Source: Macrostomum hystrix
Taxonomy: Eukaryota > Animalia > Platyhelminthes
Assembly (NCBI GenBank): GCA_950097015.1
Contig: CATNEN010000025.1
Span: 8,370,001 to 8,434,000 of the forward strand
DNA length: 64,000 nucleotides
Direction of reading: 5' to 3'
In this document: piece after piece, positions 52,590 through 64,000 of the stretch
Numbering within the stretch: the stretch's first letter is position 1
How the letters are laid out: each line of letters starts with the position of its first letter
The notes under the pieces: generated by a model
The model's input: the letters and a program-made list of their open reading frames with translations, nothing else
The model's database searches: none
What the model was told of the DNA's origin: nothing
Made by a program: the position numbers and the translations under genes

Positions 52590-55421
52590 CCTAGTAGGAG
52601 GTTGGCAATGAGCAGTAGAAGTGTTAAATAGGTGACAACTTTGGCCAGCGAACTGATCCTAGTGCTTCGAATATCTAGGCCTGAAAAAGATCGGAGTGTG
52701 AAAGGTGTTTACACAATCGATCGATAATCGATAATTAACTAGATCAGAGATTGAAGACAAGCTTACGCGTGTTTCTTGCGAATTTAAGTCCACAATGCAG
52801 TCCAATGCCGCTTAGACAGATAAACATACCAAGCCAGTTCACCAGAGTTATGTGATCAGAGTGAATTCGCGAAGCCAAATAGATTGTACAGATTTCCTGA
52901 ATGTTTCGCATAGGGTCGCATTAAAAATATAATATACTAGTGTGCTTAAAATTGTGCAGTTCAATGGGACACTTGTTTGATAAAGAACCAATAGCTAAGC
53001 CTCCTATCATCAGTGTCTATAAAAATAACACATTCAACTGACACGGCTTAGAAACAGCTTACATATTATTGGCCTAAATGTATAAAATCTCACTGATCTA
53101 AGTGTCACCTCGAATTTTGCCTGTTCAGCTGGTTGCTAAGTGCCCTCAGTAAATAGAAACAAAGCAGCAAACTCTTTAGCAGCAAAGCACCTGTTAAGGA
53201 AAAAGTAAAAAACACATTCCAGTTGTCCCCACATTCTCAGAGTAGGGACCAAAAAACCAGAATGCATAATAGGGCGGAAGTAAAAGCTATAGTCTATGTT
53301 TTACACTAAAGAATTAGTGAATTAGTAAAGAAACAATAAATTGATGGCGCAACAAAGATTAAAAGTACAAAAAGTACTTAATGTACTATTTAGTCATTTA
53401 TAAATATTTTAAATGTCAATGTTCACTGTAACAAAACTCAGAAACAACATTCCTATACACTTAACCTACAACACACAATTCCCATACACTGTCCCACAGA
53501 CACAATTCCCATACACTGTCCCACAGACACAATTCCCATACACTGTCCCAGACACACAATTCCCATACACTGTCCCACAGACACAATTCCCATACACTGT
53601 CCCACAGACACAATTCCCATACACTGTCCCACAGACACAATTCCCATACACTGTCCCACAGACACAATTCCCATACACTGTCCCACAGACACAATTCCCA
53701 TACACTGTCCCAGACACACAATTCCCATAAACTGTCCCACAGACACAATTCCCATACACTGTCCCACAGACACAATTCCCATACACTGTCCCAGACACAC
53801 AATTCCCATACACTGTCCCACAGACACACAATTCCCATACACTGTCCCACAGACACAATTCCCATACACTGTCCCACAGACACAATTCCCATACACTGTC
53901 CCACAGACACACAATTCCCATACACTGTCCCACAGACACAATTCCCATACACTGTCCCACAGACGCACAATTCCCATACACTGTCCCACAGACACACAAT
54001 TCCCATACAATGTCCCACAGACACAATTCCCATACACTGTCCCACAGACACAATTCCCATACACTGTCCCACAGACACACAATTCCCATACAATGTCCCA
54101 CAGACACAATTACCACAGACGCAGCCGCAACAAACGCACCTTAAATATTCCAGACACGGACAGGGTGAGGGAGCTGGTGTGATGAATGAGCAAATACTCG
54201 GAGAATTCCAAGCCAAAGGCCAGCAGGGCGCCGCCGGTCAGCGCCCCCAAAGACCGCATCGCCGCCTCCGCAGAGCCCGCTCGGAACGCATTCGCCGTTG
54301 TGCCGACTTCTACGCCTTCGAAAACAACAGCCAACGGTAGCAGAGCCAGGATCATCCAGGGCTGCACGTGATAAATCATATCTACAGGATTAGCTAGGCC
54401 TAATTCTGCTCGTTGGGTAGCCACCTGGGCTGCTGTCCACCTGGCGCCGGACACAAACGAGGCTAGCAGGACTAGCAGGAAGCCGCCAGTATGGAATTGT
54501 GTACTCTTATAGGTGAATAGTAGAAGGCCGGCAGAGATTAGCAGCACCACAGCGATTAGGGACCAACGCTGTTGAGATGTATTGATTTGCGGATCAAAGA
54601 AAGTTATTGCATAAGCTCAACTTGGTTAAAAATGAGTTTTTTGGTTCGGCTTTTCTTGTAATCTAACTCGGCATCAAATTTCACAGACATGTTTTGCTTA
54701 TAGAAGTTTTTCACTTTTGGACTCTTGACTGAGAGAGGTCGAGAAATAGAATACCAGCCCTAGGAAATCGATTTGTGTCCTTAAGCAACTAGTAGCGTGA
54801 GTTCAACCAGCTGTAAAATGTGTGAAATAATCAGCTGCCAGAATAGAAATTTGAGTGAGTACTTGCAGGGTGCATTTGCCAAGTAACAAGCTATACTCGT
54901 AGTTAAATAATAGAAGAGCTACGTTGTTTAAGTGTTGGATAAACAATATAAGGAAAGTTGTAAACACTAACCCGTTCTTCCAATCGAAAGACAATGGCAA
55001 ATAACAGTATGAATACAACGGCGCTAGATTTAGTCATAGTATAAAGCGATATTGAGATAAACTCGAAGCTCCAATTAGATAGGCCAATATCGATGGAGCC
55101 AGCGATGCCGGTTAGTGCAACTCGTTGAATGTAGGGCCGCCAGAGCAGCTCCGGCCGTGGACTGTGGCGCCACCATTGCAACAGGGAGCGAAGCAGCCAA
55201 GCCAGGCAGAACTTCACTAGCAGATGACAGACGGTCATTGACAGCGGGTAGGGGTACATGGTGATGTACTTCTTATTGCAGAATGTCAGGGTGATGGAGA
55301 AGCAATAAAACACTAATATGAGAATGCCATTTTTAAGCAGCCATGTCAGCAGAGGTCTCTGCGCCACAGTAGTAGCCTTCATATTGTTGCCACGTTGAAA
55401 TAGTCTAATAGATTTCTGCAT
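52590..55421 (-). CDS. SLC35C2: Solute carrier family 35 member C2 (nucleotide-sugar transporter family); exons 54972-55421, 54140-54568, 52767-52896, putative 52590-52680; true stop unresolved (read-through stop at 52744-52746)
   Basis: In-frame GT-AG splicing. Strong recalled matches YCFSITLTFCNK, DIGLSNWSF, SLYTMTKSSAVVFIL, LEERRWSLIAVVLLI, FTYKSTQF, GLANPVDMIYHVQP, TSSLTLSVSGIFK|EICT and NWLGMFICLSGIGLH. Confidence 0.92.
53470..54118. repeat. 27-bp minisatellite CACAATTCCCATACACTGTCCCACAGA in SLC35C2 intron 2
   Basis: Directly visible. Confidence 0.96.
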
Positions 55422-57887
55422 AGAGCTTGCTGGAGCTGGTTTTCGAGTTTAATTCAATTGCCTAGCAACAGATGCAGCCAGCCCATGGCACCAGCCAGCT
55501 AAGAAGTAAAGATTCACAAGTTAAACAGTATTTATCCCTGAAATTGTATTATGTCGGTAGTGCTAATTAAAAAATAAATTCTAGAAATGTATGAAACCTG
55601 CCACTTTTGATTATCAAACATAATGCAGAGAGAATAAAGAAGTGAATCAGAATTATTAGTACCTATTTCAAGTATATAATGGAAATGCATCCTTGGTAAA
55701 AGAGTAAGGTGCCTAGGAGTGCCAAAACAAAATGTTTTACAAGTAGCTCTATTAGTCCACATGTCAGAGTAACTAGGATGATAGGACATTGAGCTGGTGA
55801 GCTGTCTATCCAATGCTTCCTGTTTAACAGCTTCTGGGGCCTAAGCAAATAGCCAATGGACCATGGCTAAACCATAGACCAATAGACCATGGGTAGACTA
55901 TATATAGGCCTATATATAGAAAAGACTGCTGTATTCGAAAAATTGGAATCAAATGCTGAACTTTAGGTTGCACTGTACTATTTTTTCAATTTTCTTTAAA
56001 CTTAAAGATATTTGTAGTTTTTAATTTTGTGCCTTTATGACACATTCTTTGTGCATATATCACATGTGGCCTAGCAATTTTGTGACCTAGCCTAACTGGG
56101 CAGGGTCTATGGAAGCACTGAAATAGACCACAATGGAGTATTGTTGGACCAAAGAAATAGTTGTTATTTATTTATAATATGGCTTGAAGAGCTATTGTTG
56201 TCAGATAGTTGATTAATTAATACAAATATGAACTAGACTAGAACCAACTAGATTCAAGAGACAGGCGTATTGTCTATAAATGTTGTATACATTGTTGACT
56301 GATACTTCTTACATTGTCATAGAAAATGCTACTGAATAGTTAATAATAGGCCATATATAAATACTGGATATGTTACTGAATGCTAACTGAATGTATATAT
56401 ATTTATATATTTGTTGTATTGAAACACTAATAGTGACAGGGACAGGTCTGACAGGACAGAAATGACTACATATAACAAATATATAGATAACAAAGTGCCT
56501 AATGTAAATAGAGGTGAGCAGTCTTTTTGTCAAAAGATTTTTTGTCAAAAGACTGTCAAAAGTATTTTTATTGAACTATACTTCACAAGTAACTAAGGTC
56601 TTTTGTTGATATAATTATCAAACATAATGCAGACTAGGCCTATGTATTGTGAAGTATTGCTCCTCCAATTTAAAGTCAAAGCTCCTAGACTTTGAGGCAG
56701 ATGCATGGCAGGCAATGCAAATGTAGTGTTGTCAGAAGTAGGCTACAGCCTTAGGGCCATATTTTCCATAGGCTTAGGCCTAGGCCTACCATTACTTGCA
56801 GGCTATGTTCTGGTACATTGAAGAATATGGCTTAGCAGCTATGTGCAAGCACAATGCAGCTATTCAATTTTTTGTCAGCAGTTAATAGCATTGCATTACG
56901 TTCCACCAGTCAAAATGTAGATTGCATTGGATAGCCTAACTGCTATGGCAACCACTCAGCATCACACATAACTGGACAAATAGGCCTATGTGTGCAGAAC
57001 ATGGCTCTCAAACTCAGTTTGGATGCCTGCTAATTTGTCAGCTTTCCTGCAATTAGAACACACTACAAAACAATTTAGTTGAAGGCTTGCACTCTGGCTT
57101 TGCCAAACAAGCCAGTAGGCAGGATATGTGCATTTAGTGCATATATTTGTGCAGTTGTGTGATGCTTGCGTGGTTAACAGGATGAATATCCAAGATGGCT
57201 AATTGTCCAGTTAACCAGACAAATAACAAACGCCAAAGCAAGTAACTTTACATAGGTATCATGAAAAGGCATACAACTTCACAGCACATTTCAAAGAATT
57301 TTACATAATTTTTAGACTTATACTGTTGTTAGCCATACTCTCATATACTCCGAATAGTTTAGAATATTACTTTGGAATGAGTTGCTCTGCAAGGCCTTGT
57401 TCCACTTTTTGCACTGTAAGTTAGTAGCAGCAGTAGTTATACTTATACTTATAGGTATTAATTATAATAAATGTTTAATTGTGTCACGCGCTCTGTCGGA
57501 ACTTGTCATTACTTGTATAAATAAAGAAATATGAATAATTGCAGAGCATGAAAAATTATTTACGAAACACGTACATGGTCTGATTTAATTTAACTTTGAC
57601 ACTACAAGCCATGAACTTGAACAGTTCTGTTTACTTTGTTTCACCGCTTGAAGCATTGTGTACTTTAACTTCTCTTATAATTCAAGGTTTGTACAAAATT
57701 ATAAAATATAATAAATTATATCGAATTTAGTGAGATAAGCTTCTACTCATTCTGTATTTCTCCCAATACAATTTTATTCCTTCTCGTTCTTTTCGCTTTT
57801 TATTGTATTGAATGCTTAGGACCTATCGCTACATATTTTTAAATGGTATATTAATGGTTAGGCCCCTAACATAACACTTTTTTTGTT

Positions 57888-59005
57888 AGGGACTTTCCCG
57901 CTCTAAATTATTTTACGATGAATTCGAGTTCGGGGCAGTAAGACCAGTAAGAAAACGTAAAAATAATTGTTCAAAATGTCAAAGGGAAGTCACACGGCAG
58001 GATAGTAGTGGGCGATCCAGTACAGGATGTTGCCGAACTGCTTGGTAGGGAACTGGCGGTGCCACATGAATTCCTGCAGGTATGTGTCGAACAGCTGATC
58101 AGACGTACCATGCATGGCATGGAATTTGGCCTTACAATTACCCCACCCACGACCCACATTCCATTGACCTGGCTGGTATGGATGGATGTGTCATTCGGGT
58201 TGCAGAGGTGCAGCATGTGGTTCACAGTGGCATGGTTTCCAGGCAATGCATGATAGCCAGCCCACTGATCTGTGATGACTCTTGTTCCAGGCAGGACGTG
58301 TTGGGCAATCAGCGGTAGGAGAGTATTGGCTTGGCGGTCGGTGACTGGGATGAGGACAGCGACTGGTACCATGCTCGACCATGCCAAAGACCCAGTGGCC
58401 CTTGTGATACGCACCACAGTGGTACTTGCGGTGCATGAATTTGGACTCATCAATTTTAACATCGATGCCAGGTCCACCAAGCTGCATTGGGTGGTCAATG
58501 AGGTACTGGGCGCATATGTCGCCCACAAAGTTAAACCAATCGATGACTCTGTCCCTAGTGACATGGGTCTCATGTGCTGTATCTGTCAGGCGTATATTGG
58601 CAGCCCAGAAATAGATTATGTCGATCAGCTGCACAAGGCTCAGGTGGCTACCCTCGAAGAATGAGCCCAGCCTAATTGACCGGTGCCTCTTGCAGTTCTT
58701 GCAGGACCAGCAGACACCATCAACATATTCCCGCCTAGCTTGACATTGGTAACCACACTGCTGTCCTGGGCAATGTGGGCATGCCATGGAATTGTGTAGC
58801 AGGCCATAGGTTGCAAGCCATTCAATTCCTGTCTCACCAGTCAGGCCTGTCAGCTCCCGGTGGTTTACATCCAGGTTGCACAGCTTAATTGTGGGCCTTA
58901 GAAGGTCAGGGTTGACAATAAACCATGGTGCCTGTGGTTGGCCAGCCATGATCAGCTGAAAAAACTTGTAAAATAATTTAGAGTGGGAGAGTCGAAAATC
59001 ACCCT
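57888..59005 (-). mobile_element. Merlin (IS1595/ISXO2-like) DNA transposon, 1118 bp
   Basis: 8-bp TSD TTTTTGTT at 57880-57887 and 59006-59013; termini AGGG..CCCT. The inner 25 bp of the TIRs match at 23/25, with a 9-bp deletion in the left TIR. Encloses the transposase. Confidence 0.8.
57990..58949 (-). pseudogene. ISXO2/IS1595-family (Merlin) transposase, two frameshifts
   Basis: Zn ribbon CPHC..WSCKNC and motifs [45 protein letters not shown] and YLQEFMWHR. Frameshifts near 58355 and via an 11-nt insertion at 58146-58156. The third catalytic Glu position appears to be Asn (HTSQVNGMW). Confidence 0.9.
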
Positions 59006-59212
59006 TTTTTGTTTGCTTTCATTTTTTGTATTTATAAGTTTATTGTGCTATTACTCATTTGATATAGCCTAAGTTGTTTTGAATATTTAATACTTATATG
59101 ATTATTTATAAATGATTATTAACCTAATTAAATAAAGTAAATTTTTTAAGTGTTGGTTTCCCAACCGATAAATTGGATCATGGCATGGGCCCCCTGCATG
59201 GCCACATGGTGT

Positions 59213-59343
59213 CCATAGTCAGGAAGGTGGCCTCTGAGGGGGAAATTCCTGCGCACCCAAAGGGTCTCAGCGCACAAGTCAGCATACACAAAGGGTCTTG
59301 GCACACATTGGTGCACAAGCGTGGCACACACAAAGGGTAACAT
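59213..59343. mobile_element. Terminus of a second copy of the CCATAG element family (partner end not found)
   Basis: CCATAGTCAGGAAGGTGGCCT is identical over 21 nt to the reverse complement of 47323-47343. It is followed by AAATTCC and G(C)GCACA-type subterminal motifs. Confidence 0.7.
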
Positions 59344-59766
59344 GGTACCTAGACACTTTGTCATCTTACAACTTTGTCATCCAGATGATGATCTGTCAAA
59401 TATCTCAGAGGGTGGATGACAAAGAGACTTAGACTTGTGGACACTTTGTCATATATAAAACAAAAGTTTTAAAAGTTAGAACAGAACCACCCCTCCCCAC
59501 CCCTACTCACATTGTGTTGGCACCTATCTTTCAAGTCTTATAATGCAATCAGTTTTGACACCTCTTTTGACAATTTAGAGTGTGAAGTGTGTTCACACCT
59601 CTGCCCCACCACCCTACCCTCACTTTATTGATGACAAACCTGATTGCTTGTTATTAGTAGATGATAAACTGACCAAACTTTAAAGCATGCCAATTAGCTA
59701 GATGACGAAGTGTCCTACCTTCCAAGTGGATGACAAAGTCTTAAGATGACGAAGTGTCTAGGATCT
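59344..59766. mobile_element. MITE with 9-bp TSD (Mutator-like), 423 bp
   Basis: About 39-bp imperfect TIR ((G/A)G(TA/AT)CCTAGACACTT(T/C)GTCATCTTA..ACTTTGTCATCC); flanks GGGTAACAT / GGTTAACAT (8/9); repeated ACACTTTGTCAT motifs. Confidence 0.7.
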
Positions 59767-61288
59767 GGTTAACATAGGGTCATATACCCTTATCATATAC
59801 CCTTAGGGTTAACATAGGATGCTTTTCTGTGTAGGGTCAGGGTTAGGGGACAGAAACAGTGCATAGATGGCACACAGATGGCGCACAGATAGTGCTATAT
59901 ATATATTGAAATTGAAAAAAAAAAATTTTTATTGCATTGGATCTGCACTGCCAATGGCACAATTATTTTTTTCTGAAAAAAGGCAGAGAAGGGTGGACCA
60001 AAGGTGAATCATCCTGGACAAGTGGCAGGTTGGGTTGATTTTTGGTGAAAAATTGGCTTGTTTCTTCTCACTATCTTTGGGATCCTCCTACTGAAAAGGG
60101 GCAATCACCCCACCCCCTAGTTGTGCCAGTGGACTATTGCTATGGTACTGGGGCAATAATGCCTGCTTATTGGTATAGAAGACTAGACAGAGGCTCATAT
60201 GTCATCTACATTAATGCTATGGCAAAATACACAGAATAACACAGCAAAGACTATGTTAGAAATTATTATATATTATATATTTGAGATAATTCTCAAGTCA
60301 TCCTTGTAGACAGATAGGCTCCTGCCTCTTCTACATTAATGTTGTTATGTTTATTGAAGTGTAAGTAAATCAATTAAAACAATTATAAAACAATTAATTG
60401 ATGTTACAAGATTGTTATGCATAACTTTTATTTACTTTATTCTGAAATTGTTTTCAAAGAATGGTGTACTTTTAAAATATATCAATCATCATCATATTGC
60501 CAGGGTATTAACATAGAATAAATGACCACTAGAAAAATAGTGGTCCTTGTATGTTTAGAACACATAAAGCTTATCTTCTTAGCTTTCTGTGCCAATAAGT
60601 AGGCCTTGTTGACACAGTTAGCTAGTAGCATAGCAATAGTCTGCTAGTTAATAGCATGACACCTTGCCCTTGGCAATAAGCAAGCTGCATTTGGTTTTCA
60701 CCAGATGTCTGCACACATGGCTTGGTCTTCTCATCCCTACCCTTCAGGCATCTAAGCCCTCCCCTGGTTTGGTCTGCTCTGTGCATGTGCAGGCCTGGGG
60801 TGAGAAGCACACCGACTGTTGCCCCCTTCCCTGTTCAGCTTGCTGCTGTGTGTGAGGTGTCTGAGTTCAGGGGTCCGGATGGCGCAATGGGTGACTCCCG
60901 CCTATTTTGCTGGCCTGGGGGCATGCCATTCCTGCGCTTGTGCATCAAGTGCCCCAGGCCCCCTGCAATTAAGTAAAGTATTGTTCACATCTGTGAAGTT
61001 GGTCAGTGCAGTTGCACTTGTAGCTCCATTCCTTTTGTTGGCCTGTAACAATGATTCACCAATTCAGTTTGAAGAATATATGTTAGGATTGATTTCATCC
61101 TGGCCTCTTAGTAAATATTTTAGCCTGAACAAGATATCGTTGTGGGAAAATTTCTGATCAAATGGTGCAAATAGGTTTGAAATTGAAAATAAGTCCTGGA
61201 ATGTTGGACCTCTTATTTTAATCCATTCCTAGATCTCTTGAACCCTCCCTAGATAGAAAATGAAACTCCTTAGCTGAAATACTTGCAG

Positions 61289-64000
61289 GCTGAATTCTAT
61301 ACGGTTGAACTCAATAGCAGTCTAACATGGACTGTGCCAGTTCGTTATCAGAATCTGCAACAGCTAGATAATGGCACCTATGGAACTGTGTGCACCGCAA
61401 TTGATACGTCTACAGGTCAGCGTGTTGCCATCAAGAGGCTTACTAGGGCATTCACCTCCGATGAAGATGCCAAGCGGACTTATAGGGAGATCAAGATCCT
61501 AAAGCATATTGACCACGAAAATGTGAGATTGTGTCTTTTGGACTTTTGGACTATCATATTTTTTGCTTGTGTATCAGTAGTATCTCTTATCAGCCACCAG
61601 TAGTATACCCCCTATCAGCCACTAGTAGCATCCGGTCAGCCACCAGTAGTATACCCCCTATCAGCCACTAGTAGCATCCCCTATCAGCCACCAGTAGTAT
61701 ACCCCCTATCAGCCACTAGTAGCATCCGGTCAGCCACCAGTAGTATACCCCCTATCAGCCACTAGTAGCATCCGGTCAGCCACTAGTAGCATCCCCTATC
61801 AGCCACCAGCAGTATACCCCCTATCAGCCACTAGTAGCATCCCCTATCAGCCACCAGCAGTATACCCCCTATCAGCCACTAGTAGCATCCCCTATCAGCC
61901 AACAGTAGTATACCCCCTATCAGCCACTAGTAGCATCCGGTCAGCCACTAGTAGCATCCCCTATCAGCCACCAGTAGTACCCCCTATCTGCCAATCATTA
62001 ACGCCTGTCTGAAAACAAGTAGATTCCCTATCAGCCACCAGTAAAATCATCTATAAGCCAAACATTATTATCTCCTATCTGCCAACGATCAGAACTACAA
62101 TCCCATTGTCTGATGTTTCCCAAACACAATTTTAACTTAAAAACGATTGCCAGATAATTTCGCTAGTCGACGCGTTTACACCGAATCGAACTCTGGCAGA
62201 GTTCAGGGAGGTCTACTTGGTGACGCCCTACATGGGTCACAACCTGACTAACGGCTGCATTCGCAGCCACCTGACACACGAGCACATTCGATTTATTATT
62301 TACCAGATATTGCGTGGACTGAAGTACCTTCACAGTGCTAATATTATTCACAGGTGAGTTTGTCCTGGACTACACATTGTCATTGTCAGCTAAAATGATA
62401 TGCCAATCGTTATTTTAATTCGAGAGATAATCCCATCCCCATTTTCTGTATCGATACTTTTATCCCATCCCCATTTTCTGTATCGATACTTTTATCCCAT
62501 CCCCATTTTCTTTATCGATACTTTTATCCCATCCTCCCCATTTTCTTTATCGATACTTTTATCCCATCCTCCCCATTTTCTTTATCGATACTTTTATCCC
62601 ATCCTCCCCATTTTCTTTATCGATACTTTTATCCCATCCCCATTTTCTGTATCGATACTTTTATCCCATCCCCATTTTCTTTATCGATACTTTTATCCCA
62701 TCCTCCCCATTTTCTTTATCGATACTTTTATCCCATCCTCCCCATTTTCTTTATCGATACTTTTATCCCATCCTCCCCATTTTCTTTATCGATACTTTTA
62801 TCCCATCCCCATTTTCTGTATCGATACTTTTATCCCATCCCCATTTTCTTTATCGATACTTTTATCCCATCCTCCCCATTTTCTTTATCGATACTTTTAT
62901 CCCATCCTCCCCATTTTCTTTATCGATACTTTTATCCCATCCTCCCCATTTTCTTTATCGATACTTTTATCCCATCCTCCCCATTTTCTTTATCGATACT
63001 TTTATCCCATCCTCCCCATTTTCTTTATCGAGACTTTTTCCCATCCTCCCCATTTTCTGTATCGAGATTTATCACATCCTCATTTTCAGTATCGATACTT
63101 TTATCCCATCCTCATTTTCTTTATCGATACTTTTATCCCATCCTCCCCATTTTCTGTATCGAGACTTTTTCCCATCCTCCCCATTTTCTGTATCGAGATT
63201 TATCACATCCTCATTTTCTTTATCGATACTTTTATCCCATCCTCCCCATTTTCTGTATCGAGACTTTTTCCCATCCTCCCCATTTTCTGTATCGAGATTT
63301 ATCACATCCTCATTTTCAGTATCGATACTTTTATCACATCCTCATTTTCAGTATCGATACTTTTATCCCATCCTCATTTTCAGTATCGATACTTTTATCT
63401 TCAATTCTCATTCGTCAGCAACGGGATCTGTTGTCCCCATTGATGGTACCTGATTGCTCAGGTATCCCCAGCTTCCACTGCCCCCCCAACTCACCTGACA
63501 GGGATATAAAGCCAGGTAACCTGGCTGTTAACGCCGATTGCGACCTGCGCATTCTCGACCTCGGCATGGCGCGCGAACGAGACGATCAGATGACCGGCTA
63601 CGTTGTCACCCGCTGGTATCGCGCCCCGGAAATGATGCTAGAATGGGAGCAATACGGCCTGCAGTCCGACATCTGGTCAGTTGGCTGCGTTATGGCCGAA
63701 TTATACAACAGCCTGCCGTTGTTTCCGTGCAGCATCCACTCCGATCACATGATCCGCATCCTGTCCGTCACCGGCTTCCCAGACGATCATTATCTGTCTC
63801 GCATCCAGTCGGACGATGTTAAAGCCTTCTTAGATGTGCTGCGACGGGCCAACACCGTGACAAATACGCCCCTATCTAGCCTCTGCTCAACAATGGAACC
63901 GGACGCTCTTGACCTACTCCAACGCCTGCTGACTCTGGATCCAACCCGGCGAATCACGGCAGCCGAAGCCCTCCAGCATCCTTATTTGGCACAGTTTCAT
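61289..64000 (+). CDS. p38: p38-family MAP kinase (divergent); exons 61289-61522, 62154-62353, 63502->64000; start exon not established
   Basis: In-frame GT-AG splicing. Motifs [68 protein letters not shown] (TGY), DIWSVGC and RITAAEALQHPYL. Confidence 0.92.
61585..62045. repeat. About 23-bp minisatellite CCCTATCAGCCAC(T/C)AGTAG(CATC/TATAC) in the p38 intron
   Basis: Directly visible. Confidence 0.92.
62420..63400. repeat. 33-36-bp minisatellite ATCGATACTTTTATCCCATC(CTC)CCCATTTTCT(T/G)T in the p38 intron
   Basis: Directly visible; explains ORF 62400-63443. Confidence 0.95.

Noticed and set aside
55610-56633. 20-bp direct repeat ATTATCAAACATAATGCAGA (55610-55629, 56614-56633)
   Set aside because: AT-rich, does not extend, and no element structure could be assigned.
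57889-57899. Perfect NF-kB site GGGACTTTCC
   Set aside because: It is a by-product of the 9-bp deletion in the Merlin left TIR; a single 10-mer with no supporting context.

Overview
Repeat-rich animal genomic DNA with GT-AG introns, GC-rich exons and polyQ/polyA/polyH proteins. The style resembles a Macrostomum-type flatworm, but that is inference only. Six host genes can be assembled by hand from splice signals and recalled homology. They are an SLC17/VGLUT-like transporter (-, exons 2981-3208, 1035-1519, 100-383, runs off the left edge), a six-finger rotund/lin-29/ZNF362-type C2H2 factor (+, 19439-35668, 14.1-kb first intron), a GT92/DUF23 glycosyltransferase (-, 40751-44545, one GC-AG intron), a divergent p31comet/MAD2L1BP (+, 47832-49974) whose splice model adds a large insertion, SLC35C2 (-, 55421 to at least 52590, possible extra membrane exon) and an atypical p38 MAPK (+, 61289 to the right edge, TGY loop but DLG and a broken Gly loop). 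Mobile DNA includes a full-length but decayed Mag-type Ty3/Gypsy (7005-12634, 177-bp LTRs, ACAAC TSD) interrupted in RNase H by an 868-bp near-perfect foldback element with an 8-bp TSD. There are also a probable solo LTR, a tRNA-derived SINE, two hAT-type MITEs, an unclassified CCATAG-ended element seen twice, a compact 1.1-kb Merlin/IS1595-like element with a frameshifted transposase and a 9-bp-TSD MITE. About one third of the window (my rough tally is 21 kb) is more than 25 distinct tandem arrays with 4-36 bp units, some adjacent pairs sharing period and core. No CRISPR, rRNA or functional tRNA was found. I see no clear-cut new multi-gene system; the best leads are the p31comet variant, the foldback and CCATAG elements, the Merlin element and the satellite-turnover pattern.
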